A stretch of DNA of 64,000 bases from Cetorhinus maximus (Eukaryota). Below, piece by piece: positions 51,303 to 63,872 of the stretch. The notes beneath the pieces were generated by a model. The model was not told where the DNA came from and ran no database searches. It saw only the letters and a list, made by a program, of their open reading frames with translations. The stretch lies in assembly GCF_964194155.1 (NCBI RefSeq), contig NC_135895.1:67394001-67458000 (forward strand), given 5' to 3'. Each line of letters opens with the position of its first letter. Positions within the stretch are counted from its first letter, which is position 1. The translations under genes were made by a program, and so were the position numbers.

Positions 51303-51769
51303 TGTCACGCAAGTATAATTCTCATAATATTATTGTGACTTGTTGTAAAAGTAGGTTAATAGTGGTATTTGGATAGTTTCTCTGTGTTTATGTGTGGCAT
51401 TTAATTAAATTGGAGACAACTGGTCTGGAGGCTTTGATTCATAAAAAGAAGCTAGGTTTGAAATGCTAAATACATAAACATGGCTGAAGCCTTAGAATGT
51501 GAGGTGAGGAGAATTTGCATTTTTGGATAAATCAGGGCAGTTTGAATTTCAAAGAGGTGGTAGTATGTTTAGAACCATGAAAAGATTTATATTATGAGAA
51601 AGGTAAAGTTCCAAAGAAATATGAGAACAATGGAATTTGCATTAAAATGGAGAAACGTGTATGAAGGAGAATGAGACTGTGTCAGGGAAGGCATTGTAAG
51701 ATCTAACAGAAGTGTGAGAAGCCTCTATATTTATACATTAAGCCTGCTGTCTACAGAAACCGAAGCTGG
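51303..51769 (+). mobile_element. Partial LTR related to 36232-37011
   Basis: Starts TGTCACG; patchy similarity to 36232-36650; cut off by the next LTR. Confidence 0.55.
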
Positions 51770-51992
51770 TGTCACGACTCACTGGGGATAGTGTGCTGTA
51801 ATATCAAGCCCCACTGTTCCCCGAGCTGCGACAAATGTGAAAAAGTTTGATCAAACCACCAGATTGCCCCAATTCTGCCTAACTGTTTAATTTAGGTTAA
51901 CAGAATACCAGCACCAGGTTTGTAAACTTAATAAGTAAATAACTGTTTATTGAACAAATTGTTGTTAACCAGTGGCAAAAGAAAAAAATATG

Positions 51993-52689
51993 GGGCTGAA
52001 TTCTCTCCCCACCCCGTTGGGGGGGGTTGTGCGGGGGCGGGTGGGAGCAAGCGCAAACCCGATCGGCGCCCCTGATCAGGTGCATGCCGCCATTTTACGT
52101 GGGCGGGCCAATTAAGGCCCGTCCAGCGTGAGGCACACCCAGAAGCGCTGTGCGCTCCCTGTGCGGGCGGGGGGATATTCCCTGAGTCGGGGCCTGCGCT
52201 TTTTTGCGCATGTGCACGAAAGAGCGCAGAAATCTCCCTGAGGAACAGAGATGCCTCAGGGCGATTAGTTTAAGTGCTGAAAAATTTAATGAAGGGGAAA
52301 AAAAATTTTAAGGACATATCCCTTCATGTGGAACTGTCACATGAGCTGGGACATGTTCATTAATTTTTTCAAAATTTTTTCTTTAATTAATAAACCCTCC
52401 ATTAAACCTCATCTCGCCCGTGGATGAGGTTTCATGAAAAATGCAAAGGCCACCTGGGCTCTTTGCCTGCCCGCCAATCTTAAGGTTGGACGGGCAGCAT
52501 TCTCAACAACTTTAATTGCTTTCTTAATGGCCTTAATAGGCCTTTGACAGTTCAGTGGACGCACAGCTGATGTGGCTGCGTGCCCGCCAAACTGACAATC
52601 TAAATGACGCCTGCCCAACATCACCGCACGTCATTCTAAGCGTCGGAAAGCGGACCCCGCCCCCGCTCGCCGACTGGAAAATTCTTCCC
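51993..52689. mobile_element. Harbinger MITE (~697 bp), ATG TSD
   Basis: GGGCTGAATT ... AATTCTTCCC; ATG on both sides. Confidence 0.88.
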
Positions 52690-53350
52690 ATGAACTGCTA
52701 ATTTCTAACTCTATAACTTAAACTCTACCCTCTTCTTAAATCCCTATATACACACATACAAGACACATAAGACACATAAAAACATGGATTTTAAGGGTGG
52801 GATAAAACAGTTCAATAACACCAATTCCGGAGTACGGGATTCGATGGATTGATTTTGATCGATATTTTCCAAATTCCTTTCAGTTCTTGTTGATGACATG
52901 AGGTGGTCTTCCAGCACTTTCAGTATTTAGCTCACTGGTTGAGCACTTGCCTTTCAATGTCTCTTGACACTTTCCCCTTTGCCTCTTGACGGGGTTTTCA
53001 GGGAGAGAGCAGGTTATAGAGATATGAGGAGAGAGAAAAAAAACAGCTATCTATGATTGTGGAATTACTGGAATCATCCACACACAGGAGAAAGAGGTTT
53101 TAGGTCTTGTTCCTTTCAGGCTAGGAGCTATTCTGCTCTGCTCTCACACAAAACCTGGTCACCTGGTCAGGAGCCAATTAAAATGCTGTTGTCAGACAGC
53201 TCCCTTGGTCCAGGACTCCTTTCTGGCACCATCCTGTATTTCATGGCACACTCTGTTCCAGGGCTGCAGCATTGTATATATCTCTCATCCTGTTCCAGTA
53301 AACATGTCTTTCAACCTGCGGCCATTGTAATTTTAATCCAAAAAAGATAT

Positions 53351-53584
53351 AAGCAAAAATTGCAGATGTTGGAAATCTGAAACAAAAACAGAAAATGCTG
53401 GAAAAACTCAGCAGGTCTAACAGCATCTGTGCAGAGAAAGACAGAGTTAACATTTTGAGTCCGTATGACTTCTTCACAGCTCTGAAGAAGAGTCATACAG
53501 ACTTAAAACATTAACTCTGTCTTTCTCTCCACAGATGCTGTTAGACCTGCTAAATTTTTCCAGCATTTTCTGTTTTTGTTTCAG
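53351..53584. mobile_element. Palindromic Penelope-derived insert, 9-bp TSD, two opposed decayed hammerhead motifs
   Basis: AAAAGATAT at 53342-53350 and 53585-53593; arms of about 100 bp centred near 53480. Confidence 0.82.
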
Positions 53585-53705
53585 AAAAGATATGTTCTTT
53601 ACAACAGTCCAACAGAAATAAAAAGGTGTGTTCCTCACATGCCTCCATCCTTAAAAGAGATGAAACGCCATTTCAAAAGTGCGTTTCATCACAAGGTATG
53701 TGACA

Positions 53706-53874
53706 CATGGACGACCAAACATGAGACTTGCAGTGCACATTTTATGCTGGCTGGCCGTTAATTGGTCAGCCAATGCGAAATTGCAGACGGGGGCCAATCG
53801 CGGTTGGCGGTCTGTTTCCCGACCGCTTCTGGGCCCGCCGATCGCATGCGCCTGCCACAGGTAAAATTCAGGCC
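53706..53874. mobile_element. Half Harbinger MITE
   Basis: Ends AAAATTCAGGCC; resembles the reverse complement of 38315-38470. Confidence 0.7.
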
Positions 53875-55644
53875 TTGGTGTTGAGGCCTCTTTTTGGCAA
53901 ACTTATAGGCACTGTTTAAGGCAGATGTCTTCGACAATTTTTTTTACTGGTGAATTTAAATTTTAAACAGCCTTATAAAGCTTTTTTTATAAGCTATAAA
54001 TTTTGTTGATTTTTAAAAATGTTTCTTAGTATGTTTTTAAAAGTTTACTCTGTAAACTGAGCCCGGGCATCCAGTAGAGTCTCTCTGAGGCCTCTTTCCA
54101 TTACTCTGTCTTGAAGAAGGTGGTCTGAATGCTATGCTTCTGTGCTGGATGATTCTATGAGTGGCAGAACAAGCGCTATAGGCCTTATCTGACCTTTATC
54201 TGCTGGTATCCATAACTCTCTGTCTGCAGATCCAGCTGTGCCTACTTCACCATGGCCCCTCAGCAATGCTTCCGAAAGCTGTGTTTCCCTCACAAAGCAA
54301 CAAACAAATTGTACCAGTTGCCAGGCAGCTGCGGACCAGGCTCCTAAGAGAGACCTTTAGCTGACTGAGAGTTGGGACAAATGAGTCAGTAGCAAACTCA
54401 AATCATTTGCTGTCATGTAGCTCACTTCCGTAGTCACCAAGGCTTCATTTGGAGGTCATTCTGCTACTCCTTGCACTCTCCTACCTTGTCCTAATTCATT
54501 CTGAACATGTCGCATGAATGACAAAAAATCTCACTGTAAACAAATCTGCCAATTTTCTTACTGTTTAAAATCACTGTGCATGCCCTGGGTCCTGAACATC
54601 ATGTATCCTTTTAGTTCTTATCCCTCCTACAGTGTCAGGAGCTTCACGATCTCTGACTGATTGGCAGTAGGAGCTTTAGTCGTCTAGATGGTCCTTCCTT
54701 GCTTTGGCAGTGAACCATTGATTGTTTTAGGAAGTAGAGAGACCGAAGGTACTCTGCATGCCATCGTATGGAATGCAACTCTGGTTTTGAATGATATCCC
54801 CTAATGCAAATGAAGTGATTCTCAAATCCAAGGTCATGTGCATCCATTGGCCTGGATCATACTTATTATAAGCATCCTTCCTTCGTGGCATTAAAATGAG
54901 TTCAACTTCACTGAATTACACACGTCAGTTTAAGACTCTTTCAATTTGTGGGCATGTTGCGTTGAAGCAGGGTCAGCCTCAAACAATGTAGTGAGCCACA
55001 CTGTTACAGGCAGAAAATGACTGCCATAACCCTTCAGCAGTCCTGGATTTCCACCCACATCCCCAGAGGCTAGCTTTCCTGGAACACCCCAAAGTATGGA
55101 AGCAGTCTGGCAAGGGGAAGCATGGGCAGAATGCCTTCCGTTCATCCCAGCCCCAAAAATAGTTGCTCTGGTTTTGCTGTTTTAACCCAGATATACCAAC
55201 ATGTAGATGAAGGTGTTGAAGTGTGGCTTAACGGACCCAGCCATTTCCCAATGTTTTGCGATATGTTTTCTACAGTCTGTATAAAAAGGGGCTTCATGAG
55301 TAGGAAAACATTGTGAATCTCAGAGGTCATTACATATGATGTCCCTGATGGACTGTGAAGATTTCAAGTAATTTTTATTACACCACAATATGGGATTTAA
55401 AGCTAGTCATTGCAATAAAAAAAGTCAGAATAATCTTGTAAATAAGAAGGATATCCTTGTTGAAATTCCATTGTTTCAGTGGTTTGGGAAAGTAGATGTT
55501 GAGGATTCGGGAGAGGAAATGAGAGAAGCCCTGAGAATCCAATTGAGAGCCTACAAACCAAGGACATCATATATGGACTTCTCCCAAAGGTAGTATGAAA
55601 AGGTTTTGGTTTCCTCCAGAAGTAGTCAATGAGTTATGCCAGCA

Positions 55645-56745
55645 GTGAGGTGAGAGTGACTACTCTTGACAAAGTTTGACCGAGTGTGGCATCAAAGAGC
55701 TCTGGCAAAATTGAAGGCAATGGGAATCAGGGGGAAAACTCTCCACTGGTTGGAGTCATACCTAGCCCAAAAGAAAATGGTTCTGGTTGTTAGAGGTAAT
55801 TTATCTGAGCATCAGGACATCACTGCAGGAGTTCCTCAGGATAGTGTCCTAGGCCTAACCATCTTCAGCTGCTTCATCAATAACCTTCCCTCCATCATAA
55901 GGTCAGAAGCAGCAACGATTGCTGATGATTGTACAATGTTTAGTACCATTCACAAATCCTCAGGTTTGATGCATTCTGTGCCTTCGTGCAGCAAAACCTA
56001 GACAACATTCAGGTTTGGACTTATAACTGGCAAGCAACATTCATGCCACACAAGTGCCAGGCAATGGCCATCTCCAACAAGAGAGAATCTAATCATCGCC
56101 CCTTGACATTCAATGGCGTTACCATCGCTGAATCTTCCATTATTAACATCCTGGGGGTTACCATTGTGCAGAAACTGAACTGGACTAACCATATAATTAC
56201 TGTGGCTAAGAGCAGGTCAGGGACTGAGAATTTTGCAGCGAGTAACTCATCTCCTGACTCCTCAAAGCTTGTCCACCATCTACAAGATACAAATTAGGAG
56301 TGTGATGGAATACTCCCCACTTTACTAGGTGAGTGCAATTTCAACTCTCAAGAAGCTCAACATCATCCAAGGCAAAGCAGCACCTTAAACATTCACTCCC
56401 TCCACCACCAACACACAGTGGCATCAGTGTGTACCATCTACAAGATGCGCTGCAGCAATTTCCCCAAGATTCCTTCAACAGCACCTTCCACACCCAGTAC
56501 CATCTTGAAAGACAAGAGCAGCAGACACATGGGAACACCACCACCTGGAAGTTCCCCTCCAAAGCACTCACCAACCTGACCTGGAAATATATCACCATTC
56601 CTTCACTGTTGCTGGGACAAAATCCTGGAACTTCCTTACTAACAGCACTGTGGGTGTATCTACACCACCTGGACTGCAGAGGTTCAAGAAACTGGCTCAC
56701 CACCACCTTCTCAAGGGCAATTAGGGCCTGCCAGCCATGCCAGGA
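55645..56745 (+). mobile_element. Family-B LINE 3' part
   Basis: FDRVWHQRALAKL, GVPQDSVLG, IADDCT, tail. Confidence 0.9.
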
Positions 56746-57037
56746 TTAAATAGAACTGATGCCTCTTTGTACGAGGGCCACCGTCTTATCAGAGAGTTGA
56801 CAATGTCTAAATTTTTATAGAATCAGATGTTTCCAGTCAGCCTCAGGTGATACATGTCACCTAAGTCTACCAATAGTGCACCACTGCGTTAACTAAATGA
56901 CTGGTATCCTATTCAGACAGGCCAGAAATTTCTAAGCTTTCCCCATAGACTTAACAGAGTATACAGTGAACACAGGAATTTTATCAAAGAACAATGGTTC
57001 CCAAAGTACAGCAGCGTGCAGTTCTTCCTGATCCCCA

Positions 57038-57606
57038 GGGTAGATTTTAACTCAAGGGCAACTGGCTGGGCACTTGATGACACTGGCATAAGGCCTCTTT
57101 TCCATGCCACAGGCGATCTTCATGCCCTGAGCGGGTGTCTTGTTGAAGGTCACATGCTCAGGCACTGAGCAATATTGGGAAGTCCAGATGTGATGCAGCT
57201 GGCAGTAAGAGTGGGACAAGGAGTCGATCGCAGAGGCAAGGGAACCCAGCATCACAGCAGCCTCCTTTGTGTGTTATAAGGAGGGAAAGAACATTCTTAC
57301 TCCTTCTGGCTCCATGAGCCCCATGAAACTAATTCTTCACTTACCTATTTTGGGGCCCATTCCTCTTCATCACCCAATTTAACTGAGTATGTGCATGCTC
57401 CACCCAGCTGACCCTCAAAATTGCAATGATATATGTCATAGTAATGAGGCTGCCAATTGATTCAGTTGAGCTTGTGAACTGCTCAACAGAAATCTCCAAT
57501 AAAATTTGGCAGCAGAATGAGAACTGAACTGTTAGTTCACCACAGCCATTTTAAACCTACTTCCACCACCCTGTTTCTACTGGGTGGGTCAGGTTAAAAT
57601 CAGCCC
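57038..57606. mobile_element. Old Harbinger-type MITE
   Basis: GGGTAGATTTTAAC ... GTTAAAATCAGCCC; no TSD left. Confidence 0.55.
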
Positions 57607-58788
57607 GACTGTATCCTGTCCAAATTCTATGCTGGGGTTTGATTAATCACTGCCTTGACTCAGCATTGTGCCCTTTCTTGTCTACAATTTCTTCCTTCTT
57701 CATACAATATGGACCTTAGCAACAAAGAAATGACAATATTCACTTTCCAATGAAAAACTGACAAATTAGAAACATCACAGGAATTGAATTTCACTGCTAT
57801 GATTTGCAGCACCCATTCTTCCCTCTTTGTCAAATCACTTGCTGTAAATGCTATTTGGGAAAATCAATCTCTGAGAAATTAGATTGTACTGGGATTTTAA
57901 TAGAGAGCTGGAAAAGTAACTGGAAACCACCTTTCAGCAGAGCTGAAAACCAATACCTATTTCACTTCACTCAGTTCTTACTGAACTTTTGCAAACCACA
58001 GCCAAGAACAATCATCTAGTTCTTGCCTTACCTCATTCTGGAATAAGACCATTGTGCAAGTGAGCAATGTCTTGTGACATCAATGCTGTTAACTGATCAA
58101 AGCAACGGATGAGGGAAAATGCTATGCTGGTACGAAGTTAGACATTTGTAATGATTTTAAACTAATTGATTCTATATTCAAATATAATTTGTATTTAGTA
58201 GCATTGCTACCAATACCTAACATTCTGCTGATTTTAGTTCATTTTTATTACTTTACTTAACATGTAATATCAACAGAATAAATAGCAAGGAGCGCCGAGA
58301 TGCTATTTATTTTCCGTTTGTGTCCTTTGTGACTATGTCACCATGAATTTAGTCATCCCACTGCCTAAGAGGACCCTTGACCTCTGAACAGCACGCTTGG
58401 TCACTGTAACCTTACCATTTTTCACACCAGCACTCCTTTAGCCTCCCAAGTTATTACCAGTTGATGCATGTGGATTATCTGTTTACAGGCATGAGAAATG
58501 CAAGACTTTCATTACATCAGTCTGTTTTGGATTTGAACCCAGATCCCTGAGGTAAAATGTTGATGTACTAACTCACTTACTTGGTTAGAATTTGGTTGTT
58601 GATACTTAGAATTATTTGTAGCACAAGAACAGGTCATTTGGCCACATGAGCCTCCTTTCACTTCACCTCATCTAACCCTATCAATAGATACCTCTATTCC
58701 CTTCTCCCTCATGTGCTGATTTATCTTCTTCTTAAATGTGTCTATGCTACTTACCTCAACTATTCCATGTGGTTCCACCTTTTAGCTG

Positions 58789-58791
<3 letters not shown>

Positions 58792-58819
<28 letters not shown>
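58792..58819. repeat. (TA)n microsatellite
   Basis: About 14 AT units. Confidence 0.95.
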
Positions 58820-58910
58820 CCTGACTTGGAACTTGATTACCATTCCTTCACTGTCGCTGGATTAAAATCCTGGAACTCCCTCCCTAACAGCACAGTGGCT
58901 GTACCTACAT
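58818..58910 (+). repeat. 93-bp inverted copy of 59119-59210
   Basis: Shares copy-specific variants (AACTTGATT, GGATTAAAATCC, CACAGTGG) with the neighbouring minus-strand LINE tail. Confidence 0.88.
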
Positions 58911-59019
58911 ATACACACACATATATATAAATCTAATGAAAAAGCTTGAAATTGTTCATCTGCGACTATAAAATTTTATGTAGGAATCAACACTCATATC
59001 CCTCGAGGTGCCTATTTTA

Positions 59020-59525
59020 TTATTTATTCTTTCATGGGATGTTGCTGGCTAGGCTAGCATTTATTGCCCAACTCTAACTGCCCTTGTGAAGCCTTCTTGA
59101 ACCGCTGCAGTCCATGTGATGTAGGTACACCCACTGTGCTGTTAGGGAGGGGTTCCAGGATTTTAATCCAGCGACAGTGAAGGAATGGCAATCAAGTTCC
59201 AAGTCAGGATGGTGTATGGCTTGGAGGGGAACTTCCAGGTGTTGGTGTTCCCATTATCTGCTGCTCTTGCCCTTCTAGGTGGTAGAGGTCACAGGTTTAG
59301 AAGTTGCTGTTGAAGGACCTTGGCTGAGTTGCTGCAGTGCAGCTTGTAGATGGTACATACTGCTGGCTCTGTATGTCGGTGATGGATGGAGTGAATGTTT
59401 AAGGTAGTGGAAGAGGTGCCAGTCAAGTGAGCTGCTTTGTCCTGGACGGTGTTGAGCTTCTTGAATGTTGTTGGAATTGCACTCATCCAGGCAAGTGGAG
59501 AGTATTCCATCACACTCCTGACTTG
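59020..59525 (-). mobile_element. Family-B LINE 3' part; a further piece at 60030-60183
   Basis: MEYSPLAWMSA..DKAAHL and tail; RT piece MFTDGCT..DLDNIQTWANKWQV at 60030-60183. Confidence 0.88.
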
Positions 59526-59534
59526 ATCATTGTA

Positions 59535-60025
59535 TCATCACTTGCCTGGATGAGTGCAGCTCCAACAACATTCAAGAAGCTTGACACCATCCAGGACAAA
59601 GCAGCCCGCTTGATTTGCACCACATCCACACACATTCACTCCCTCCACCACTGACGAACAGTGGCAGCAGTGTGTACCATCTACAAGATGCACTGCAGAA
59701 ACTCACCAAGGCTCCTTAGACAGCACCTTCCATCTACCATCTAGAAGGACAAGGGCAGCAGATATATGGGAACACCACCACCTGGAAGTTCCCCTCCAAA
59801 CCACTCACCACCCTGACTTGGAAATATATTGCTGTTCCTTCAATGTCACTGGGTCAAAATCCTGGAACTCCCTCCCTAACAGCACTGTGGGTGTACCTAC
59901 ACCACATGGACTGCAGCAGTTCAAGAAGGCAGCTCACCACCACCTTCTCAAGGCAATTAGGGATTGGCAATAAATGCTGGCTGAGCCAGCGAAGCCCACA
60001 TCTCGTAAAATGAACTTTGAAAAAA
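59535..60025 (+). mobile_element. Family-B LINE 3' part, head-to-head with the previous copy
   Basis: LAWMSAAPTTFKKLDTIQDKAARLI and tail. Confidence 0.9.
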
Positions 60026-61079
60026 GATGCTCATTGTCTGGCACTTGTATGGTGTGTATGTTACTTGCCACTTATTAGCCCAAGTCTGAATGTTGTCCAG
60101 GTCTTTCTGCATTTGGACACGGACTGCTTCAGTATTTGAGGAGTTGCAAATGGTGCTGAATGTTGTGCAACCATCAGTGAACATTTTATCATCCTATGTG
60201 TGTAACCTGCAAGTCATAGGGCACATATATCTTTACTATGTAATTTGATAATGAATCTACTTGAAGGGAGGAAAAGTAAAACTATCTGAGCTTCAGATAA
60301 CAAAAACCATGTAAAGGAGGTAAAAAATCAAGCTCTCATCAACAATCAAGTGTAATCTTTGTTTAGCCATTTATTAATGTTGCTGAACCAGTACTTTCTA
60401 TATATCTTCCATGAGGAGTGGTGTATGTCCAAGGACAATCCCACAATGGAACAAGCTGCCAAAGAAAATAGTCACAGCTCCACCACTTGAAATCTTAAAA
60501 ACCCATCTTTTGAATTATTTCAATTTAAAAGTTTCCATTGTCAGGACTACCATTTCAGCAAATCATGCCTGGTTTAGCTAGTGCTACCCATATAAATATT
60601 GGCAGAAGACAGATATTAATCTGTGATACTAACAAAACTAAAGCAGAAACAGAAGCAGAAATGATACAGCACATAAATACTCAACAGGAACTTAATTCTA
60701 TTGCAATATTTTGCCTTGCTGAATTACTAAATGACAGCTGTTCCAAAGTAAGGGGATGTTGGTTTAACATACGCTGAATGTATACGGCTATTCACTGTAT
60801 GTTACATCACATCAGATCCAAAATAAATGTCAGGAATAATGACCTTTGTGATGTGAAGTTAATGTGCTTATGCAATGTGTTGGCAGTATAATGGCAGAAT
60901 CCCACAAGACTGCACACCTGCTATTTCTAAAAGCCAGAATTTGTGACAGGTAAATTAGGAATTCTCATTTTGCCAAGCAAAGTATTTGATTCAAAGTATT
61001 TATACATGGCTGAAATGTTAGTCTGCCATGTTTGCAATAATATTTTGGATAACTTACAAAGAAAAATGTTTGTTTTCCT

Positions 61080-61340
61080 AGAATCATGGAATAGTTGCGT
61101 CATACAGTACAGAAGAAGGCCCTATGGCCCATCATGCCTATGTTGGTTCCCTATAAAAGCTACCAATTAGTCTCACATCCCTATTCTTTCTGCATTACCC
61201 TGTCATTTTTTTCTTTTTAATGTTTCTATCCAATTCTCTTTTGAAAGTTACTGGCGTACGTACTTCCCCATTTCAGACAATGCATTCCACTTTATAACAA
61301 TTCGATGACTTTAAAAAAAAGTTTTCCTCATCTTCCCCCT
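61080..61340 (-). mobile_element. CR1 tail remnant
   Basis: ACAGAAGAAGGCCCTATGGCCCATCATGCC..AATGCATTCCA. Confidence 0.6.
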
Positions 61341-61761
61341 TGCTTTTTGTCAGTTCTTATATTTGCATACAAAAACTTGTATCTATGATTTTAAAACTCC
61401 TCACTTGAATTAGCTGGGTCCAGACAGGAATTGCCCAAGTTCAAGTCAACAATATGCATGCTGTTCATCACAACTCCAATGCATGCCTATCGCAGTTTCA
61501 TTTTCTGTCACTAGATGGTGGCGATATTCTACATAAAGAACTTGAATCCGGGACCTTTAAACTCTTTACTGCCATAGAAATATTGAGCTTTCATCAGCCC
61601 TATTTCTTCTTTACTGGTTCTTTTGGTCATTCACTGCTCAAGGTCAGGCCCATCTGGCCATGCAGATGGTAACCGTGAGTTATCATGGCAACAAGATGGA
61701 ATCTCTTTGGAATCTGCCCAGTGTGAACATGGCCATATAAGGCAAGAAGGTGCAAGGTTTA

Positions 61762-63013
61762 GGGCAGAATTGTCCCAGATTTGCACTAAGTGCGGTAGTG
61801 GGCAAGTAAAGTGACGTTATACTCGTCGGCTGCAATGGCGGGTTTTCACGCCGTATCGTCCCAAACCCGCCGTATTAGCTATGCATTCCCAGAAAACGCG
61901 CCATTTTGATGGCGGGCGGGCTCCCATTCACTCGACACGCTATCAACTTGCTGCTTCATCACGCCAGGAGCCGTGTTTAAAGTCCAGATGTGCTCACATC
62001 TCAGTGCTTCCAGCCCAGGACTACACAGGAAAAATGTCCATGAAAGGCAAAAAGACTGCAGCCCCCAGGTTTAGTGACACATCACTGGAATGCCTTTTGG
62101 ATGCCGTGGAGGCCCGCTGCAATGTCCCCCATCCCCACTCTGGCTGCAGGATGGGCAGCGGCATGACTAATCAGGCTTGGGAGGCAGTGGCAATGGTGAT
62201 CAGTGCCAGTGCTGCACAGAAGATGTTGGCCATCCAATGCAGATAGAGGATGAATGATCCCATCTGTGCAGAGGGTATGGTAACCATCTCGTCACTCTAA
62301 ACTCATACACTCAAGCCCATCACACATTCACTGGCATCTCACTCACTGCCAGCTCAAGGGACATCACCACTATTCTCACACACACCCTCACATCTCCATC
62401 TGGCCTCGTCTCCTCTGGAGACTGCCTCCTCAGCCCTCACCATCTTGAGGCCAATTGCACAGATCAACATGTGCCCCCACATACACCCTGGGTTACCCTC
62501 CTTCCCCAGCACAGCCGTCGACCTGCAGCCTCTTCCCTTGCCTGAGGCCACTTCTCCCCCTTCCCCAAACAAGCCCTAGCCCTGCAGCCATTGAAAAGCC
62601 ACCCACATATGGCTGATCTGGTAGGTAGAGACCTGCCCATGAGCCCCTCTCTGTGAAGCCTGGCGCTGATAACTGTGAGTGCTGACTGAAGCAAGGCAGG
62701 CAAAAAATCCTTGAAGTCCCAAGCAAAGTGCAGCCCGCCAGGTGCACATCCCTTATGTGCTGTTGTGAAATACGTCGGCCTGTTTTCCTGCTGATGTGGC
62801 CGGATGATCCAGCAGGAGGGGACAATTCCAGCAGGCTGGCCTTTTAATGATATGCAGATGTATTACAATGAGGTTCCTGATGTCCAATGGTAGGAAAGCC
62901 GTCGGCAGGCTGAGCAACAATTGCAAACTGGTTTCACGCCATCATGAAACCAATTGTGCCATATTGTCCGCTCATGCCACCAAACACGCTGGTGGGCATG
63001 GAAAATCCCAGCC
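61762..63013 (+). mobile_element. Non-autonomous Harbinger retaining only Myb/SANT exon 1; TTA TSD
   Basis: GGGCAGAATT ... AAAATCCCAGCC; TTA on both sides; ATG 62034 MSMKGKKTAAPRFSDTSLECLLDAVEAR..AWEAVA..IQCR*RMND, donor GT at 62275. Confidence 0.87.
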
Positions 63014-63149
63014 TTAATCTCTAACCTGTACAGAGTTAGCTGATACCACACAGGGCTGCTGCAGGAGGGCCTCAGTTGGTCTCAGTAATATAAGGGAGAT
63101 GGGAATAGAATTGGGCTTTGCTGTGACCTCTTAGTTAATCATCTGCTGT

Positions 63150-63640
63150 CTACTTCTCCACCACCTCACACAACACCACCACTGCCTCTGTGTTACTTGC
63201 CTGACATCCAGTCTTGGATGAACTGCAGTTTCCTCCAGCTAAACATTGGGAAGAGTAAAGCCATCAGCTTTAACCTGTGCCACAAATTTCATACTCGTGC
63301 CACTGATTCCATCTCCCTGACCAATCACCGGATTAGGCTGAACGAGACTATTTGCAACCTTGGTGCTCTATTCCACCTGAGCTGAAACTTCCAACCATAA
63401 GACCTCACCATGGCCCCCTACTTCCATCTCTAACATTGCCCAATACCATCCCAAATTTAGTCTACATGCTGCTCAAAGCCTCATCCATGCCTTTCACCTC
63501 CAGACGCGATGGTTTCAGCCCCAGCCATCCTCCTCTCTGAAACTTTGGCTCATCCAAAAATTCACTGTCTGTATTCTATCATGCATCAAGTATTGCTCAC
63601 CCAGTACTGACATACATTAACTCCTGGTCTTAAATTGGCA
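63150..63640 (+). mobile_element. L2 LINE RT C-terminal remnant
   Basis: PDIQSWMNCSFLQLNIGKSKAI..CNLGALF. Confidence 0.8.
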
Positions 63641-63684
63641 ATTATTGTTCTCCCAATTGATTAGAGGTTAATCTCCTTCTTTGC

Positions 63685-63872
63685 TTTATTTTCATTTGTT
63701 CATGGGATGTGGGCATCGCTGGATAGGCCAGCATTTATTGCCCATCCCTCACTGCCCTTGAGAAGGTGGTGGTGAGCTGCCTTCTTAAACCACTGCAGTA
63801 CATGTGGTGTACGTACACCCACAGTGCTGTTAGGGAGGGAGATCCAGGATTTTGACCCAGCGACAGTGAAGC
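63685..63872 (-). mobile_element. Family-B LINE tail
   Basis: CATGGGATGTGGGC..GCCAGCATTTATTGCCC. Confidence 0.85.

Larger units (their letters stand above)
51770..53705 (-). mobile_element. LTR-like element carrying a MITE and a Penelope palindrome
   Basis: Termini TGTCAC ... GTGACA; minus-strand AATAAA near 51946-51951; no matching TSD. Confidence 0.55.

Noticed and set aside
58027-58130. Strong minus-strand donor GAG|GTAAGG
   Set aside because: The acceptor is ambiguous and the translations are unconvincing.
58300-58580. Possible ancient LF-SINE-like remnants (also ~15170-15310, 35455-35700, 50040-50260)
   Set aside because: Only short B-box-like matches; too diverged to call by eye.
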